64,000 bases of DNA from the human T2T-CHM13v2.0 reference genome, Homo sapiens. How positions within the stretch are numbered: the first letter of the stretch is position 1; every line of letters begins with the position of its first letter. This document shows, in pieces, positions 17,340-30,939 of this stretch. A program made the position numbers and the translations under genes. Below the pieces are notes generated by a model. The model worked only from the letters and a program-made list of their open reading frames with translations. It searched no databases and was not told the DNA's origin. The stretch is from the NCBI RefSeq assembly GCF_009914755.1, contig NC_060937.1. One strand, written 5' to 3'.

Positions 17340-17550
17340 GAAAATCATATTCTGTTGATAACATAGCTCGTGTGAAGCAGCAAATGCTATTTTGTGTGTA
17401 GAGAAATAGAAGGTCAGAGCCCACAATGAACTAAGCTCTGTGAGGGCCTCCAGGGAGACCTCCAAGAAGTTCAAGGTCACACAGTAGCGGGCCCAGCAGA
17501 GCAGGGATTTGAACCTAGGTTTGCCTCATAACAAAGCTCATCTTCTTTCC
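17340..17550 (-). mobile_element. MIR
   Basis: caaggtcacacagtag..gcagagcagggatttgaacctagg. Confidence 0.7.
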
Positions 17551-18105
17551 CCCACAAAAGGAAGTGTGAGAATGATGGCGGTCAATGACAGACTTAGCCA
17601 CTTATAATCAGTTTTTGTTTAAAAATGACAACACCATGGTTTGACCTGGGTAGGGAGGAAGAAATGGAGTTTGCTAGGTCTGGCTGTTGACTGTGGTTGC
17701 TTCTGAGGGGACAGACTTTTCAGGGCAACCACCCTCTCCACCAGCATACAGAGATTGCTTTTTTAATCTAGGATTGCTTTTCTCGTCATACTTTGTCCCT
17801 ATTCAGATGTACCTGTAGGCCTGGTTATTTTGTCTGTGTGATTGTTAGAGGAAAAAAGTGAAAAGATTTGAAAAATGATCAAGAAGAGCACGAGATATCC
17901 CCAGGTTATACAGAGAGATTCCCTGGAGGCTTTGTTGGCGCACAGGGCCATGCTTGGTTTAGAAAAGGCAGCGCGGGGCAGCGTGGGGCTCCTCCGGTTT
18001 CTCTTTGTCTGAAATGCTGAGTTTCACAGGCTCCTTACTGAGTTCAGATTTCCCTGGGGCAGAAGAGACTGAGGGAGGAAGGAAGGTTGCCGTTTATTTC
18101 ATTGA

Positions 18106-18146
18106 TTAATGGCAACAACTGCAATTACTTTTGCACCAACCTAATA
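18106..18146. mobile_element. MADE1 (Hsmar1-derived MITE) half element
   Basis: aatggcaacaactgcaattacttttgcaccaacctaata is one MADE1 TIR plus TA. Confidence 0.9.
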
Positions 18147-18262
18147 TTTCTACGATAATAGTTTTTTTTTTAACACAGCAAAAATCAGGGATTGAAAGTT
18201 TGAAACCTGAGCTTTTAGGCAAACTCCTCCCCTAAAAGTAAACAATGAGATAAACAGCAGCC

Positions 18263-18305
18263 TTTTAATGGAAAAAACTGCAATTACTTTTGCTCCAACC
18301 TAATA
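18263..18305. mobile_element. MADE1 half element (second, same orientation)
   Basis: ttttaatggaaaaaactgcaattacttttgctccaacctaata. Confidence 0.9.
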
Positions 18306-18934
18306 ATTTACTTTCTGAAATCCTCCCCAGCAGACTTCCTAAAATCAAAGTGACCGGATGGTCCCATTGAGAGGATTTCAGTCTAAACATAAAACACTAG
18401 TAAACGATTACTAACCAGCTCCCAAGTTGGTGACCATCAAAAATCTCACATATTAAAAGCTGGTACCAGTATCCTTCAAGTAAGTGAAAACCTCCTTTAA
18501 TATGTTAGGGTTTTATCTGGACATCAGGTAAATTTTGTATTCAGATCAGATCACTTTATTCTCAAGGTTTTAATTTAGGTCAGATAATAGATGCTTGGCT
18601 ATAACACTATCTGTTTGTTCCTAAAGTAATATGATTGTATTAAAAAGTGTTCTTCAGCCATGCAATACTGTATTCATCTTGCCATCCTTGAGTGAGTCAG
18701 TGAATTATCTTGTGATACAGGACTGCATTTATCTGACAGATATCTTTTGAAAGTAACATGATATCTGTGAGAGGTCTGAGGCTGTGATTTCACTTTGGTT
18801 TTCTGTATGTGATTCTGTAATAAGTTAATGCCTTAACTTAAACTCTAATGTTACAGAATATCGTAAACACGAACAGATGAATTCAGATTCCTTTTCAAAA
18901 GTAGATTTGACACACTGAGCTATTTATGCATGGA

Positions 18935-18990
18935 ATACATGATGTCAGAGATTTGCTTCCACATAGAATAGGTGGCAGTGAATGTGGGTA

Positions 18991-19029
<39 letters not shown>

Positions 19030-19125
19030 TATTTATATATTTTTATATATATTCATATATATATATGTAGGTGAAACAGGATTGGCCATGAGTTGATGAT
19101 TGTTGAAGTTAGGTAATGATTTGGT
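18935..19125 (+). mobile_element. L1MC/ME 3' fragment containing (GA)n and (TA)n
   Basis: atgatgtcagagatttgcttc..gaaacaggattggccatgagttgatgattgttgaag; (GA)n at 18993-19026. Confidence 0.7.
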
Positions 19126-20766
19126 AAATATTTTAAAATATTTTATGAATTTTTAATAGGTTTAATTGTGTTTTCCTAAAGGCAAAATCTGACAAGCTTC
19201 TAGGGAGGAGATTGGCAGAATAGAGTAATTCCTAACATTGTTAGAGTTTGAAAGGAAATGGTCCCCCCACTTCTTTTCTCTTTCTCTCTTTTTTTTTTTT
19301 TTTTTGCATCTCTGAAAGACTGAGCTGAACGATTGTGACAATTAGTTAGTATATAAAATGTCCCACTTTCCTGGTGAGTGGTTGACATTGGTGGCTAAGC
19401 AATTTCAGGCATGAGAAGAGAATAAACCTTTACTGATTAATGGTTGACTTGTGACCTCCTGGTCACTTTCTGGGCTGGCAGCAGCATGATTTGTGTAACA
19501 TTTAAACATAGTTGAGAATCATAAAATATTCTTTTCATGCATTGATTTCTTAATGCATTTTTGAAGTGTTTTCATTAAGACTGGAAAAATTATGATCTGT
19601 GTGTGAAACTGACAAAGGTCGGCGGGGGTATGATGGATGTCATTATGGAAAGTCCTAAGTGATCATGGAAATCCCTTCTTCCTTTTTCTGAGGCATACAG
19701 GCAGATGGAATTCTGCCTTGTTTCATGTTGACATCTCTGCATGTTCATTCTGAGAGGCTCACAGGATGGCTGGCCTGGCTATCCCTGAGGGCTCATGGCC
19801 TGTCCCCAGAGGAATTAAGCATAGCTGAAGGCTAGCCTTCCCTCTATTGATGTAATTGATGAAATGAGGAAGCAAGATGCTAAGAACAAGACCCATTTCT
19901 CAATTATTGAGTGTTGTAGAGTCTCTGAAAAAGATATTTAGAAGCACCAGAGCCTGCTAATTTTGCCTGGGGTTTAGGATTTATATATAACCAATGAGAC
20001 AGAGCAAGAATTCCCTTTTGGGCAATATGGTCTACTCTGCCCTGTTTATGGAGTTGTTGATTCATAATATTATGGCATAACAGTTGAAAAAAAGCAAAAC
20101 ACAAGATTATAGGTAAGACTTGATTACAAAAGCTATGTGATGATTTTGTACTGGTACAGACAAAAGAGAGGAGCTAAACAAATGTAAAAATAATTGGGTT
20201 AGGGTAGAGGGGATGTGGATAACTTTTTTTCTTGCTTAAAAGCATCTTTATTATTATATTGTTTTTACGTTTGGATTTTGTTTACAAAAGAACCAAAGTA
20301 AGTCATCTTCTTGGTATTCAAAAGTTCCAAAGATGGAATTTTCCCATCAGAGTGCGATGGTTTAAATAGAAGTTAGGTTCCTAGGAAGAATAAATGAACC
20401 ATAATATAATTGCATAGGATGTAGAATATCCATTGCTTTCCCCAAGACCAGAATGATACCTCTCACAGGCAATGCGAGGAGTCCTCCACCCCTGCCACCC
20501 ACACTGGGTGTGTGACCCAGCAAGGGGGCATGGGTGGGGTGGGAGGAAGGTAAAAAGGGGAAGACCACAATAGCTGTTCATATACAGGATTATTTGCTAT
20601 TCTGTTCTTAAAGATTGCTTGATATTTTGTTTTGATTGCAAAAGGTGATTGATATGAAAATGTCAACATTTCAAACACAAGTATTCGTTTTGTTCAAAAT
20701 GTTTGTTAGATCAAATCAGAATATGATCCCAGAACATGTCTGAGCTCTTGGATCTGCTCTAGAAAA

Positions 20767-20768
<2 letters not shown>

Positions 20769-20828
<60 letters not shown>
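20769..20828. repeat. (CA)n microsatellite
   Basis: Pure ~30-unit CA run. Confidence 0.97.
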
Positions 20829-20830
<2 letters not shown>

Positions 20831-20852
20831 CATATGTATATATTAGAAGCAG

Positions 20853-21135
20853 GGAGTGGCTCTGTCACCCAGGCTGGAGTGCAGTGGCATGTGTGGTCAT
20901 AGCTCACTGTAACTTTGAACTCCTGGGCTCAAGTGGTCCTCTGGCCATGGCCTCGCGTGTAGCTGGGACTGCAGACACACACCACCTTGCCTGGCTAATT
21001 TTTATTTTTATTTATTTATATATTTTCTGTAGAAACAGGATCTTGCTTTGTTGCCCAGGTTGGTCTTGAACTCCTGGCCTTAGGTGATCCTCCTGCCTCA
21101 GCCTCCCAAAGTGCTGGTTTTATACCATGCCTGGC
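20853..21135 (-). mobile_element. AluJ
   Basis: tcatagctcactg..gaactcctgggctcaag J features. Confidence 0.9.
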
Positions 21136-21442
21136 TTTAGAAAGAAATATATTAATTAACATCTACAAAGAGATGATCCATGTCCACATAATTGGTTCTG
21201 CTTATTCAACAAGCCGTTTTTCAGTGCTGAGACTTCCTCTGAGGAGGTATGGGTGGTGGCGCTGGGAAAGGGGTGAGGCCTTCTGGGAGACCTTCGGGGA
21301 CGCCACCTTGAGGGTGGAGTCCTGTGCTAGTGGCAGAGCACTGTTTAGAGTCAGCCGAGTGAGTCTCAGTTCCCTGGGCTTGTTTTATGCATGCGGCGCC
21401 TGTTTCAGGTTCTCAAGAAACATGGTATTCAGTTCATTGAGA

Positions 21443-21622
21443 GCACTGGTTCTTCATGCCAGCTGCCTATTAGAATCATCTAGAAATCTCTTGGAAAACA
21501 TGGATGCTCAACTTCCACCCCCCAGAAATTCTGATTCAATTGGTTGGGCGGGGGCCTAGGCATTGTTATTTCTGAAAAGCTTTCCAGGTGATTCTATTGT
21601 GCAGCGAGGGTCAAAATCTGGT
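21443..21622. mobile_element. MER5B (hAT-Charlie)
   Basis: ctggttct..gctgc.tattagaatca.ct..ccaggtgattcta.tgtgcagc.agggt. Confidence 0.8.
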
Positions 21623-21748
21623 GATCTGTTATTTAACAAGCTATTGTTTTAAATGGTCAAAATCTGGTGATCTGTTATTTAACAAGCTATTGTTTTAAAT
21701 GGTCAAAATCTGGTGATCTGTTATTTAACAAGCTATTGTTTTAAATGG
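21609..21748. repeat. Perfect tandem repeat, 3 x 46 bp
   Basis: ggtcaaaatctggtgatctgttatttaacaagctattgttttaaat at 21609, 21655, 21701 with no mismatches. Confidence 0.97.
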
Positions 21749-21830
21749 AGCTTAAGGGGAAGTATTACTGTGACTATTCAAAAGAGCTGTGTTTTCTTCT
21801 ACCGGTCCACAGTGAGACTTTAATATCCAG

Positions 21831-22164
21831 GGTGTGTGTATGAGTGAGTGAGTGTGTGTGTGTGTGTGTATGTTCTGTGTGTCTTTGTGTTGTGTGTGAG
21901 TGTATGTGTGAGAACATGTTGTATGTGTGTGTTGTGTGTGTATGTGTATATTTTGTGAATGTGTGTATGTATGTGTGTGTGTGTGAGAGTATACTGCAAG
22001 TGTGTGTATATGTGTGTGAGTGTGAATGCGAGAGTATATTGTGTTTAAGTGCGTGTTTGTGTGCACGTTGCATATGTGTGTGAGTGTGCTTGTGTGAGCA
22101 TTGTGTATATGTGTGAGAATGTGTGTGAGACAGTGTTGCAAGTGTGTGAGTGAGTGTGTTGTGT
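21831..22164. repeat. Degenerate (TG)-rich low-complexity tract
   Basis: ~330 bp interrupted TG/TGAG/TATG; followed by a MER5-like terminus (ccagatgaccctaatgtgcaaacagggttgaga). Confidence 0.9.
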
Positions 22165-22354
22165 AACTCACCAGATGACCCTAATGTGCAAACAGGGTTG
22201 AGATCCAGAGCTGTGTCTGAGTGTTGTCTGTGTCCTCCCTGGAGAACATCCTTCGTTTTCTGGTTCGGAGTGTATATTGATTGGCATAATAACCACTACT
22301 CATCAGTAAACCTGTGTAAAGACCCATAAGACCTGCTAGCTGGGAAAATGGTAG

Positions 22355-22828
<474 letters not shown>

Positions 22829-23127
22829 TAATCCAGATTGGCAGCATGCTAAATAAATAGTAAATTTCTAAGTACAATAGAAAAAATTGCTCATGAAATG
22901 TGCCAGTATTAACATTTATTTCTTCCATTACATTACTTTGAAAATTTTGTAGATTCAAGAGAATGTTGAAGTGGTGGTTACTTTTGTTTTCCACATTGAT
23001 TCTCTTCACTGAGAATGTTGAAATAATAATGATTGTGAAGTGAAATTTCTTTTTATTAATGCAATTAAAAATTTGCTCCCCCTTGCATATGCCATTTGAA
23101 ACAAATTCCACACATATTACAGTTTTA

Positions 23128-23305
23128 CAGCAGTGCTGAATGGTGGAACTGCTGTGATGATGGAAATGTTCTGGGCTTCTGCTGTTTCAGTAGCCACTGG
23201 AAATGTGGTTCTGGATTGACTGAGCAACTGAATTCTTAATTGTATTTAATTTTAATTAACTTACTAGCCACATGTGGCTAGTGCCCGCCCCAGTGGGCAG
23301 AGCAC
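23128..23305. mobile_element. MER3 (hAT-Charlie)
   Basis: tgtgatgatggaaatgttct..tagccact..actgag.aactgaatt..tagccacatgtggctagtg. Confidence 0.8.
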
Positions 23306-23689
23306 GTGCAGAGGCTGGTTCTGTTCGGCTTGAGAGGAGCTTGGGTGGGGCCCCTGCAGCAGAGTGACAGCTGCCCCAGGGGATGTCAGGGACATCACCA
23401 TTGCATATACCCTGGTAGGTGGGTTGTCTTCTGAAATCCTGTGCCTTGCTACTGTTACTCGTAGAGGCTTGGACAAGAATCAGTGATCCCAAGAAAGGAT
23501 GTAGGATGTGGCTTTGTGGGGTATGACGTAGCTCAGATTGAAGACTTGTGGCCCCGGTACCAGGCGACGCCCCCCCTCTGTCTTCCGGGTCTCCCCCACG
23601 TTCTCCGCTGTCTGACCCTGATGTGCCCAGCACCTTTCTCAGGTGTTTTCAGCCTCTCCCTTGCTCCTGGCTCCTCCCAGGGGGAGGTA

Positions 23690-24280
23690 ACCATTGCCAC
23701 ATCAGTGCCCCTGTGCCCTCCCCTGCATGCCCTGCTCCCAGCCATGCATGTCGCCTCCATTTCCTCTCTGCCTGCAGTGCCCGTGGCTCCCCTCCATGAC
23801 CTCAATGCTGACTATTCTTTTGAGGAAATCCTTCTTTAACACACAAATCAGCTGGCGTCACTTCTGCTTAAAAACCAGCAGTGGCTTCCCCTAGAAAACA
23901 GCCTCCTGGGTGTGCTTCCGGGGTCTCCGGGATCAATTCCCCCATGCCCTCCCCCTCCACACCCAGCATCAGCTGGTTTTCCAGCCCAGCCCCGAGCCCC
24001 CACGGGAAATGGCCCGAGCTGGTGCAGCCTCAGCTTTCAGGCCTCGGCGGCTGCTCTCATGCCTTCCTGAGCAGTTCTGCCAGGCTTCATCCCAGGCTCA
24101 CTCTTTCCTCATGTCTTGGCCGAGAAGACCCTTCTTTAGGTGTCCTTCCCATGTGCTCCCCGCTCACCCCAGCTCTCTGTCTGCTCCTGTCTGTGTCCCT
24201 GTTGAATCCGTATAGCTGCACAGAGCCTGGCCGGACACCCGGTGTACTGTCAGCACCCACGACTGTGGTAAACGAGCAAC
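23690..24280 (+). mobile_element. L2 fragment
   Basis: tcacttctgcttaaaaacc..cagtggcttcccct and pyrimidine-rich L2 3' text. Confidence 0.6.
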
Positions 24281-24752
24281 TTGAACAAGTTCATCATGTA
24301 ACCCAAACCCTGGGGGGTTTCTGTTCACAGACACTTCTTCAAATCCTAAGTTTGACAAATTAATGAATTTTTCCAGAAAACTCAACTGCCTGGACTTCAT
24401 CCCTCAACTTCTTTACTGATCGTTTACTCAATTCCATTGACTCCATTTTTATTCTTCATTTTACAAAAGCACGATCGTATTCTTTCTCTGGATGTTATTA
24501 GCCCACTTATTTAGGGCCCATGGTAGTTTAATCAGAGAAAATAGATGGCTGGGTTCGTTCTGAGAAAAGCAAAAATACAGAGAGGGATGTTTTTGTTAGG
24601 AGTGAATTTTTAAATTTACACCTAACATGATTAATGTAATCCTAATCTGTTACTACTTAATGCAATTAAAACTTTTTTGGACAATTATGTATTATAAATA
24701 GTAAAAGCAAAAATATATTTATTAATAATGGCTAGTTATAAAGTTTATTTCA

Positions 24753-25063
24753 GGTTGGGCTCAGTGGCTCATGCCTGTAATCCCAGCACTTTGAAAGGCC
24801 GAGGTGGGCAGATCATGAGGTCAGGAGTTGGAGACTAGCCTGGCCAACATGGTAAAGCCTGTCTCTACTAAAAATGCAAAAATTAGCTGGGTGTGGTGGC
24901 ACGCACCTGTAATCTCAGCTGAGTAGGAGGCTGAGGCAGGGGAATTGCTTGATCCCAGGAGGCGGAGGTTGCAGTGAGCCGGTTGCAGTGAGCTGAGATC
25001 GTGCCACTGTTCTCCAGCCTGGGCAACAGAGCAAGACTCTGTCTTGGAGGGAAAAAAAAAAAA
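24753..25063 (+). mobile_element. AluS with 14-bp internal tandem duplication
   Basis: ggttgcagtgagcc/ggttgcagtgagct at 24967-24994; TSD aaagttt/cc.ttca. Confidence 0.93.
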
Positions 25064-25701
25064 GTTCCTTTCAGCAAGCTTGTTTAAGAAGGCATAGCTT
25101 TTTAGTGGCTCTTGTATGTCTATTCATTTCCATCCTCTTTAATCACAGTGCAGTTATTTGCACCTGGCCTGGATCTCCTTATTGCCCTCCTGTCAGGGAA
25201 TCTGTATTCACTACAGTCCACATTCACTCCATGTCTCTACCTTCCCATACAACAAGCACAAGAAAGTCACTAAAAGTGGAGCATCAAAATGCTTTTACCT
25301 CTAGCTAATTTTAAAGGTAAAATGAAAATGTACTAACTGCAAACAAGAAATCTGCTCCATGGTCAACATTAATGATGAGTCTTTGGCATTTGACAATACA
25401 GGGGAGTGATATTCCTCAGCTGTTATGAACTGCGAGGCCCTCTGATTATTCCAAGAATTATCTGGTACCCTTGATTCTGGTTAATAGTAAGTTACCCAGC
25501 TAATTTTCTGTTAACTGAAATTTGGACTTCAGCTGTTATTTGGAGGGCACGCATCTTACTGCCTCAACTTCTTTTAAGGCAGATGTGAAATTCTAATGTG
25601 GGGTCCGTGGGGCATGAACCTCTGAATGCATCACTTGGCAGAAATCCTCTGCCCATCAGCCGAGTACTTTACTCCTTAGTTCCTCATTCAAAACATGATG
25701 A

Positions 25702-25993
25702 GGCCGGGCGCAGTGGCTCACGCCTATAATCTCAATGCTTTGGGAGGCCTAGGTGGGCGGATCACTTGAGCTCAGCAGTTCCAGACCACCCTGGGCAAAA
25801 TGGTGAAACCCTGTCTCTAAAAAAATGGAAAAATTAGCCAGGCATGGTGGTGTGTGCCTGTGGTTCCAGTTACTTGGGAGGCTGAGGTGGAAGGGTCACC
25901 TGAGCATAGGGACCTGTGATCACAGCACTGTACTTCAGCCTGGGGGACAGAGTGGGACCCTGTCTCAAAAAAGGAAAAAACAAAAAACAAAAA
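25702..25993 (+). mobile_element. AluJ inserted in MIR
   Basis: Dimer with J features; MIR text on both sides. Confidence 0.9.
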
Positions 25994-26301
25994 CCCCATG
26001 ATTAACAAACTCAATTAACCTACACAGGCTTAGTTATTGTTCCTAGGACATAGAAGGTTGGAAAGAGATAGAGCAAAGTGAGCTGTGAGAATTGATAGCA
26101 GAGGCTCTGACTCTACAAAAGTAAATAGTAACTCAAAAGTTGACAGGCTTAGAATACTATAGTAAAAATAGTAATAATAATGGATGTTTGATAAATGGTC
26201 TAAGATCAGTTCTCTCTCTAAGAACTCAAGGAATTATAAACCTACTCAGAAATTATTTCTATCAGAGGATTAAAAGATTTGACCTTAAAAGAGAATTTCT
26301 G

Positions 26302-26626
<325 letters not shown>

Positions 26627-27602
26627 TCAAATGCTTTATTTTTTTTGACATTGCCATAAAAACAATATGTCATTATACCTACTATCTTAGAAGATGCATT
26701 TTACTGAAATAATCATGCTTATCAGTATGCACATGTTATTATGCATTTCTCTGTATAATGAAGGACTTTATGTGCACTTGAGCGAATTTGTCTACACCTT
26801 AAAGAGGATCATTTTGACTTGATTGAACAGGATAACTCTGCATAAATGCTATAATCTATATGCTTTGAAAGTGGCTTTCCTGTCATTTGACTTAGTTAGG
26901 AATTTTCATAAGGAAAATCAGGACATCTTCATTCTAAGGAGAAAACCAAAGGGAAGTTTTAGAGGAAGCCGTTCATGCAAATTTAAGGTCAAGAAAGACT
27001 AAAATTACTTGGGTTTTGTCTTCAAATTTTTTAGAACAGTAGAATGCAAGAGGCTATCCTGGAAAATGCCATGTACAGCAATTAAAAGCTTAGTCTTCTC
27101 CCCAGAAGCCTAAGGATGCAGCAGAGTTTACCGAAGCCCTTGCAGAGAGGCAGGATAATAAACAGAGGCTACCAAACAGGACAGAATCCAAGTGTTGGGT
27201 GTTCTGGCGTTCTAAGAAGCTGGTTTTGTTTCTGTTTTTTTCATCTGAGAAAAATCTTTGGATAATAAACCTTCCGATTTTATCAGCCTATTCACTAATA
27301 TTTTTAAGATATTTGTTCTTGCTTTAGGAGAAAGCACCCTGAAGGTTGTGCTCTTCTATAATTAGCATATACCTTTAAGTGAAATTTTCCTCAGCCTATA
27401 ATGTGGTTAGTTTATATATCTCTGCAGATGAAGATAATTACTTAGCTTGTTTATAGAATACACTGCCACAAATATGGGTATTTGCTGACTATAATTAAGG
27501 ATGTACAAGTTACTGGGTAAAATAAATCCCAAAATGTTCAAAGTTAGAATTTTCTGTTTGGAAGGGCAGCTAACAAAGAAGGTAGGTTGTGTCCTTTAAA
27601 TC

Positions 27603-27765
27603 TATGCTGTGCAGTGTGGAAGGGCTCCAGCAACATATAGTGATTTCAGTTTAAATGAAATACAATTAAAATGTTTGCTCCTCAGTTGCACTGGTCATGT
27701 TTGAAGTTCTCAATAGCCTCATGTGGCTGGTGGCTGCCATATTGGACAGTGCAGATATATCTAGA
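27603..27765. mobile_element. MER3
   Basis: ctcagttgcactggtcatgttt.aagttctcaatagcc.catgtggct.gtggct.ccatattggacagtgcag. Confidence 0.8.
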
Positions 27766-27766
27766 A

Positions 27767-27983
27767 CAAGTTTGTCCAACGCCCATGGCCCAGGATGGCT
27801 TTGAATGAGGCCCAACACAAGTTTGTAAGTGTTCTTAAAACATTATGAGACTTTTTGTGTGATTTTTTTTTTTCCTCATCAGCTATTGTTAGTGTTAGTG
27901 TATATTATGTGTGGCCCAAGGCAATTCTTCCTCTTCTTCCAGTGTGGCCCAGGGAAACCAAAAGATTGTTGGTCAACACTTGG
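27767..27983. mobile_element. MER30
   Basis: ggcccaggatggctttgaatg.ggcccaacacaa..tcatcagctattgttagtgttagtgtat..ccagtgtggcccagggaa.ccaaaagatt. Confidence 0.9.
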
Positions 27984-29699
27984 ATAACCAATGCCACCAC
28001 CTTCCTTCTATGTATAAATGTCTTTAAATGACCAAGATGATACATATCCATAACTTGCCCTTCCTATGCCCTGCCCCATCCCTGCCCTCACCTCACGGTA
28101 CCTAGGCAACAAACAAAGCTAAATCCCTGAGAAGTGTTCCCCCAACCCGAGAGCTAGACATTTGATCCCCAAGAACTAAGTGGCTAAACTGGCTTCAGCA
28201 GACACATAGATATTTGGGAAAAAAAATAGCAGTCTCATTACGGAATTAGATGAATGAACCCATTGCTCTTTTTCTTCTTCTGATTACATTAAGGATATCT
28301 AGACTTTTCCAAATGCCCAGTCTCAAGTATCTATTTGAGTTACTGACTCCCTTTGTCCCTCAATGTTTTTTCCTGATTATATTTGCAAGTGAAGTTTGTT
28401 TCTACTCTCAGTGAGTTGAGAAAATTAATTTCTAATATTCAGAGGATCTCAGTCTGCCTCAGAGTAATTTGAGTGAAGTGTTGGATTAAAACCAGGCTCT
28501 GGAATCGTTCTTCCTGTGCCAGCTGCTAGCTATTGACTCTCCTTGAGCTGAGGCACACTTCTTGCTAGTTCTCTGTGTACGCATTTCCTATTAGACAGAT
28601 GGGAAAATGTCACTCCTGTTAACAGAGGTGGGCCCCCTTGGACCTGAAAGCCACACAGAGTCTGTCTAATTTATGGTCTGGCCCTAGATCCGACTTTGGA
28701 ATGAAAGATTTTGAAACCTGCTTCCATGTTGCTACTTTTCCAAAAGGTGCGAGTATTATTATTCAGTAGCTAAAAGGTAATGCTGCAGTGCTCATGGAAA
28801 TGCATTCCATTCAATCAAGCAGGCAGTCTAGATTGTAACAATGTGCATGTCCCCTTATTGGACTTAACAAAGCTTTTTTATTTTGAAGGGAAAAAATGTA
28901 ACATGTACACATTAAAAAATTTTAAAATATGGAATCCCTCCCCACCCCCCATAACCTGGAGGCATTCTTACTTATAAGAAGTTTAAAAAATTGAAATAAA
29001 ACAGATTAATGTGTGTTTTCTCGTCATGAATGCTAGCTCCTTTCCTTTTTCTCCTAATCTCCTCATTTTATTTCATTCAGAATTTTCTGAGCATTTTTTT
29101 CTTCATCTCAAAGAGCCCCTGGGAAGCTGCGTGGTTGCTTAGTGATGTCACTCACAGTCTGAGAAAGCCAGGTGCCTGCTAGACATTAAAACATGCTCAT
29201 TATCCTTCCTGTAATCTGCTGCCTTGTCTCACAGAAATTTGAAACCTAAGTGGATCCTGGTTGTAATGAAAAGAATCATCATCAGCCCTTTTTACATCTG
29301 ACATTGGGGTAATTTTGTTTTGCGTATTTGGTCTCAACTGCTTTTTAATCCAACAGGCAGCATTCAAACGACTCTCTTCCTTTATGGAGATGATCTTGTT
29401 CAACTGCTTCCGCTGTTATTAGTCTTAAGAGTTGAAAATAAAATGCTTACAGTAGGAAGCTTACTAAGAAGACAAGTTGTTGCTTTTCAACCATCGTTTG
29501 GGAGTAACAGTGAACTTGACAGGAGTCAGTATTTGCCAGAAAAATGATCCCAAGCCTTGCTCCAGGCTACTGTCTTCTCACCCACTGTTCCACGGCCCCT
29601 TCCTGGCCCGTTTGGGGGTCCCCTGTGTCTATTTCAGGCCACGTCTCCCTCTGCATGCAGACCTATGTATGCCGCTTCCTCTTTGCTGCCCCTTAGGTA

Positions 29700-30009
29700 C
29701 CCTGAGATCAGTATATCTAACACTGAATTGACTCTCTCACTGCTCATAATACCTTATTCTTTCCTCGCTTAGAACCCCTGGCCTCACTGTCCCTTCCACC
29801 CAGTCTGCAAACCAGAAACCTGCGTGGCCCATGGGTTTCTCCTGCCCACTCGTCTCTTGTAGCCAAGCAGTCACCAGATCTTGTGATCCTGCGTCTCGTT
29901 ATCTGCCCCTCTCTCCTGCATCTGCTCCTTCCTGAGCACAAGCCTCATTATTTCATAGAGCCCTCCTGTGACCAGCTGGTCTTTCTGCCTCCCTTAGTAT
30001 CTGTCCCCT
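29700..30009 (+). mobile_element. L2 fragment
   Basis: atatctaa.actgaatt..ccacccagt..gcaaaccagaaacctg..agtcaccagatcttgtgatcct. Confidence 0.6.
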
Positions 30010-30367
30010 TGATATGGTTTGGCTGTGTCCCCACCTAAATCTCAACTTGAATTATAGCTCCCATAGTTCCCACGTGTTGTGCAAGGGACCCCATGGGAGA
30101 TAATTGAATCACAGGAGTGGTCTCTCCCATACTGTTCTCATGGTAGTGAGTAAGTCTCACACGTTCTGATGGTTTTATAAGGGGGTTCTGCTTTTGCTTC
30201 TCTCTTTTCTCTTGTCTGCCGCCATGTGAGACATACCTTTCACCTTCTGCCATAATTTTGAGGCCTCCCCAGCCATGTGGAACTGTGAGTCCTTTAAACC
30301 TCTTTCTTTTGTAAATTGTTCTGTCTTGGGTTTCCCTTTATCAGCAGCGTGAAAATGGACTAAAACA
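30010..30367 (+). mobile_element. THE1 (THE1B-like) solo LTR
   Basis: tgatatggtttggctgtgtccccac...cagcagcgtgaaaatggactaaaaca; perfect 5-bp TSD CCCCT at 30005-30009 and 30368-30372. Confidence 0.95.
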
Positions 30368-30470
30368 CCCCTTTTCAGTCCACCCTACTAGAGACAACAC
30401 ATTGATTACCGATGGACTCATTGATCCAGTCAACATTTACTCAGTACCTACTTTGTCCCAGGCACTTCTT

Positions 30471-30889
30471 CTTGTTGTTGTTTAAAGAAATTAGCTTTTA
30501 TAAATAAAAAGAACAATGAGGAAGAATAATAACAGAATTTTGGATTGATGGGCTTCAGGGATCCTTGCTGTACTGTGAGCTTATCCAGTCAGATTTTGTT
30601 TCCATGATATCACATCATTTTGTTACCTGAGCCAATTTAATTAAAAAACTCTCATACTGTTTATGTAGCATCGTACTGACCCAACCTGTTGCAATTTAAT
30701 CTTTGCATGTGTTTTCATGACATGCTCCCAATAAAACAAAACAGAAACCAGTTTCTGCTATAGTCACTGTGCTTTGCACTACAGATACAAAATGTTCGCT
30801 TTTCCTTTCATCTTCCAAATATTTTTGTTTTCTCTGCAAAAAGTCAATGTCATAGGCATTTGTCCTTTCCAAATTAACCATCAGACATG

Positions 30890-30939
<50 letters not shown>

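Noticed and set aside
18106-18305. miR-548 family precursor
   Set aside because: Both MADE1 halves have the same orientation, so no hairpin can form
24967-24994. 14-bp duplication inside an Alu as a subfamily marker
   Set aside because: Not the Yb8 7-bp duplication; host is an old AluS, so this is a private slippage event
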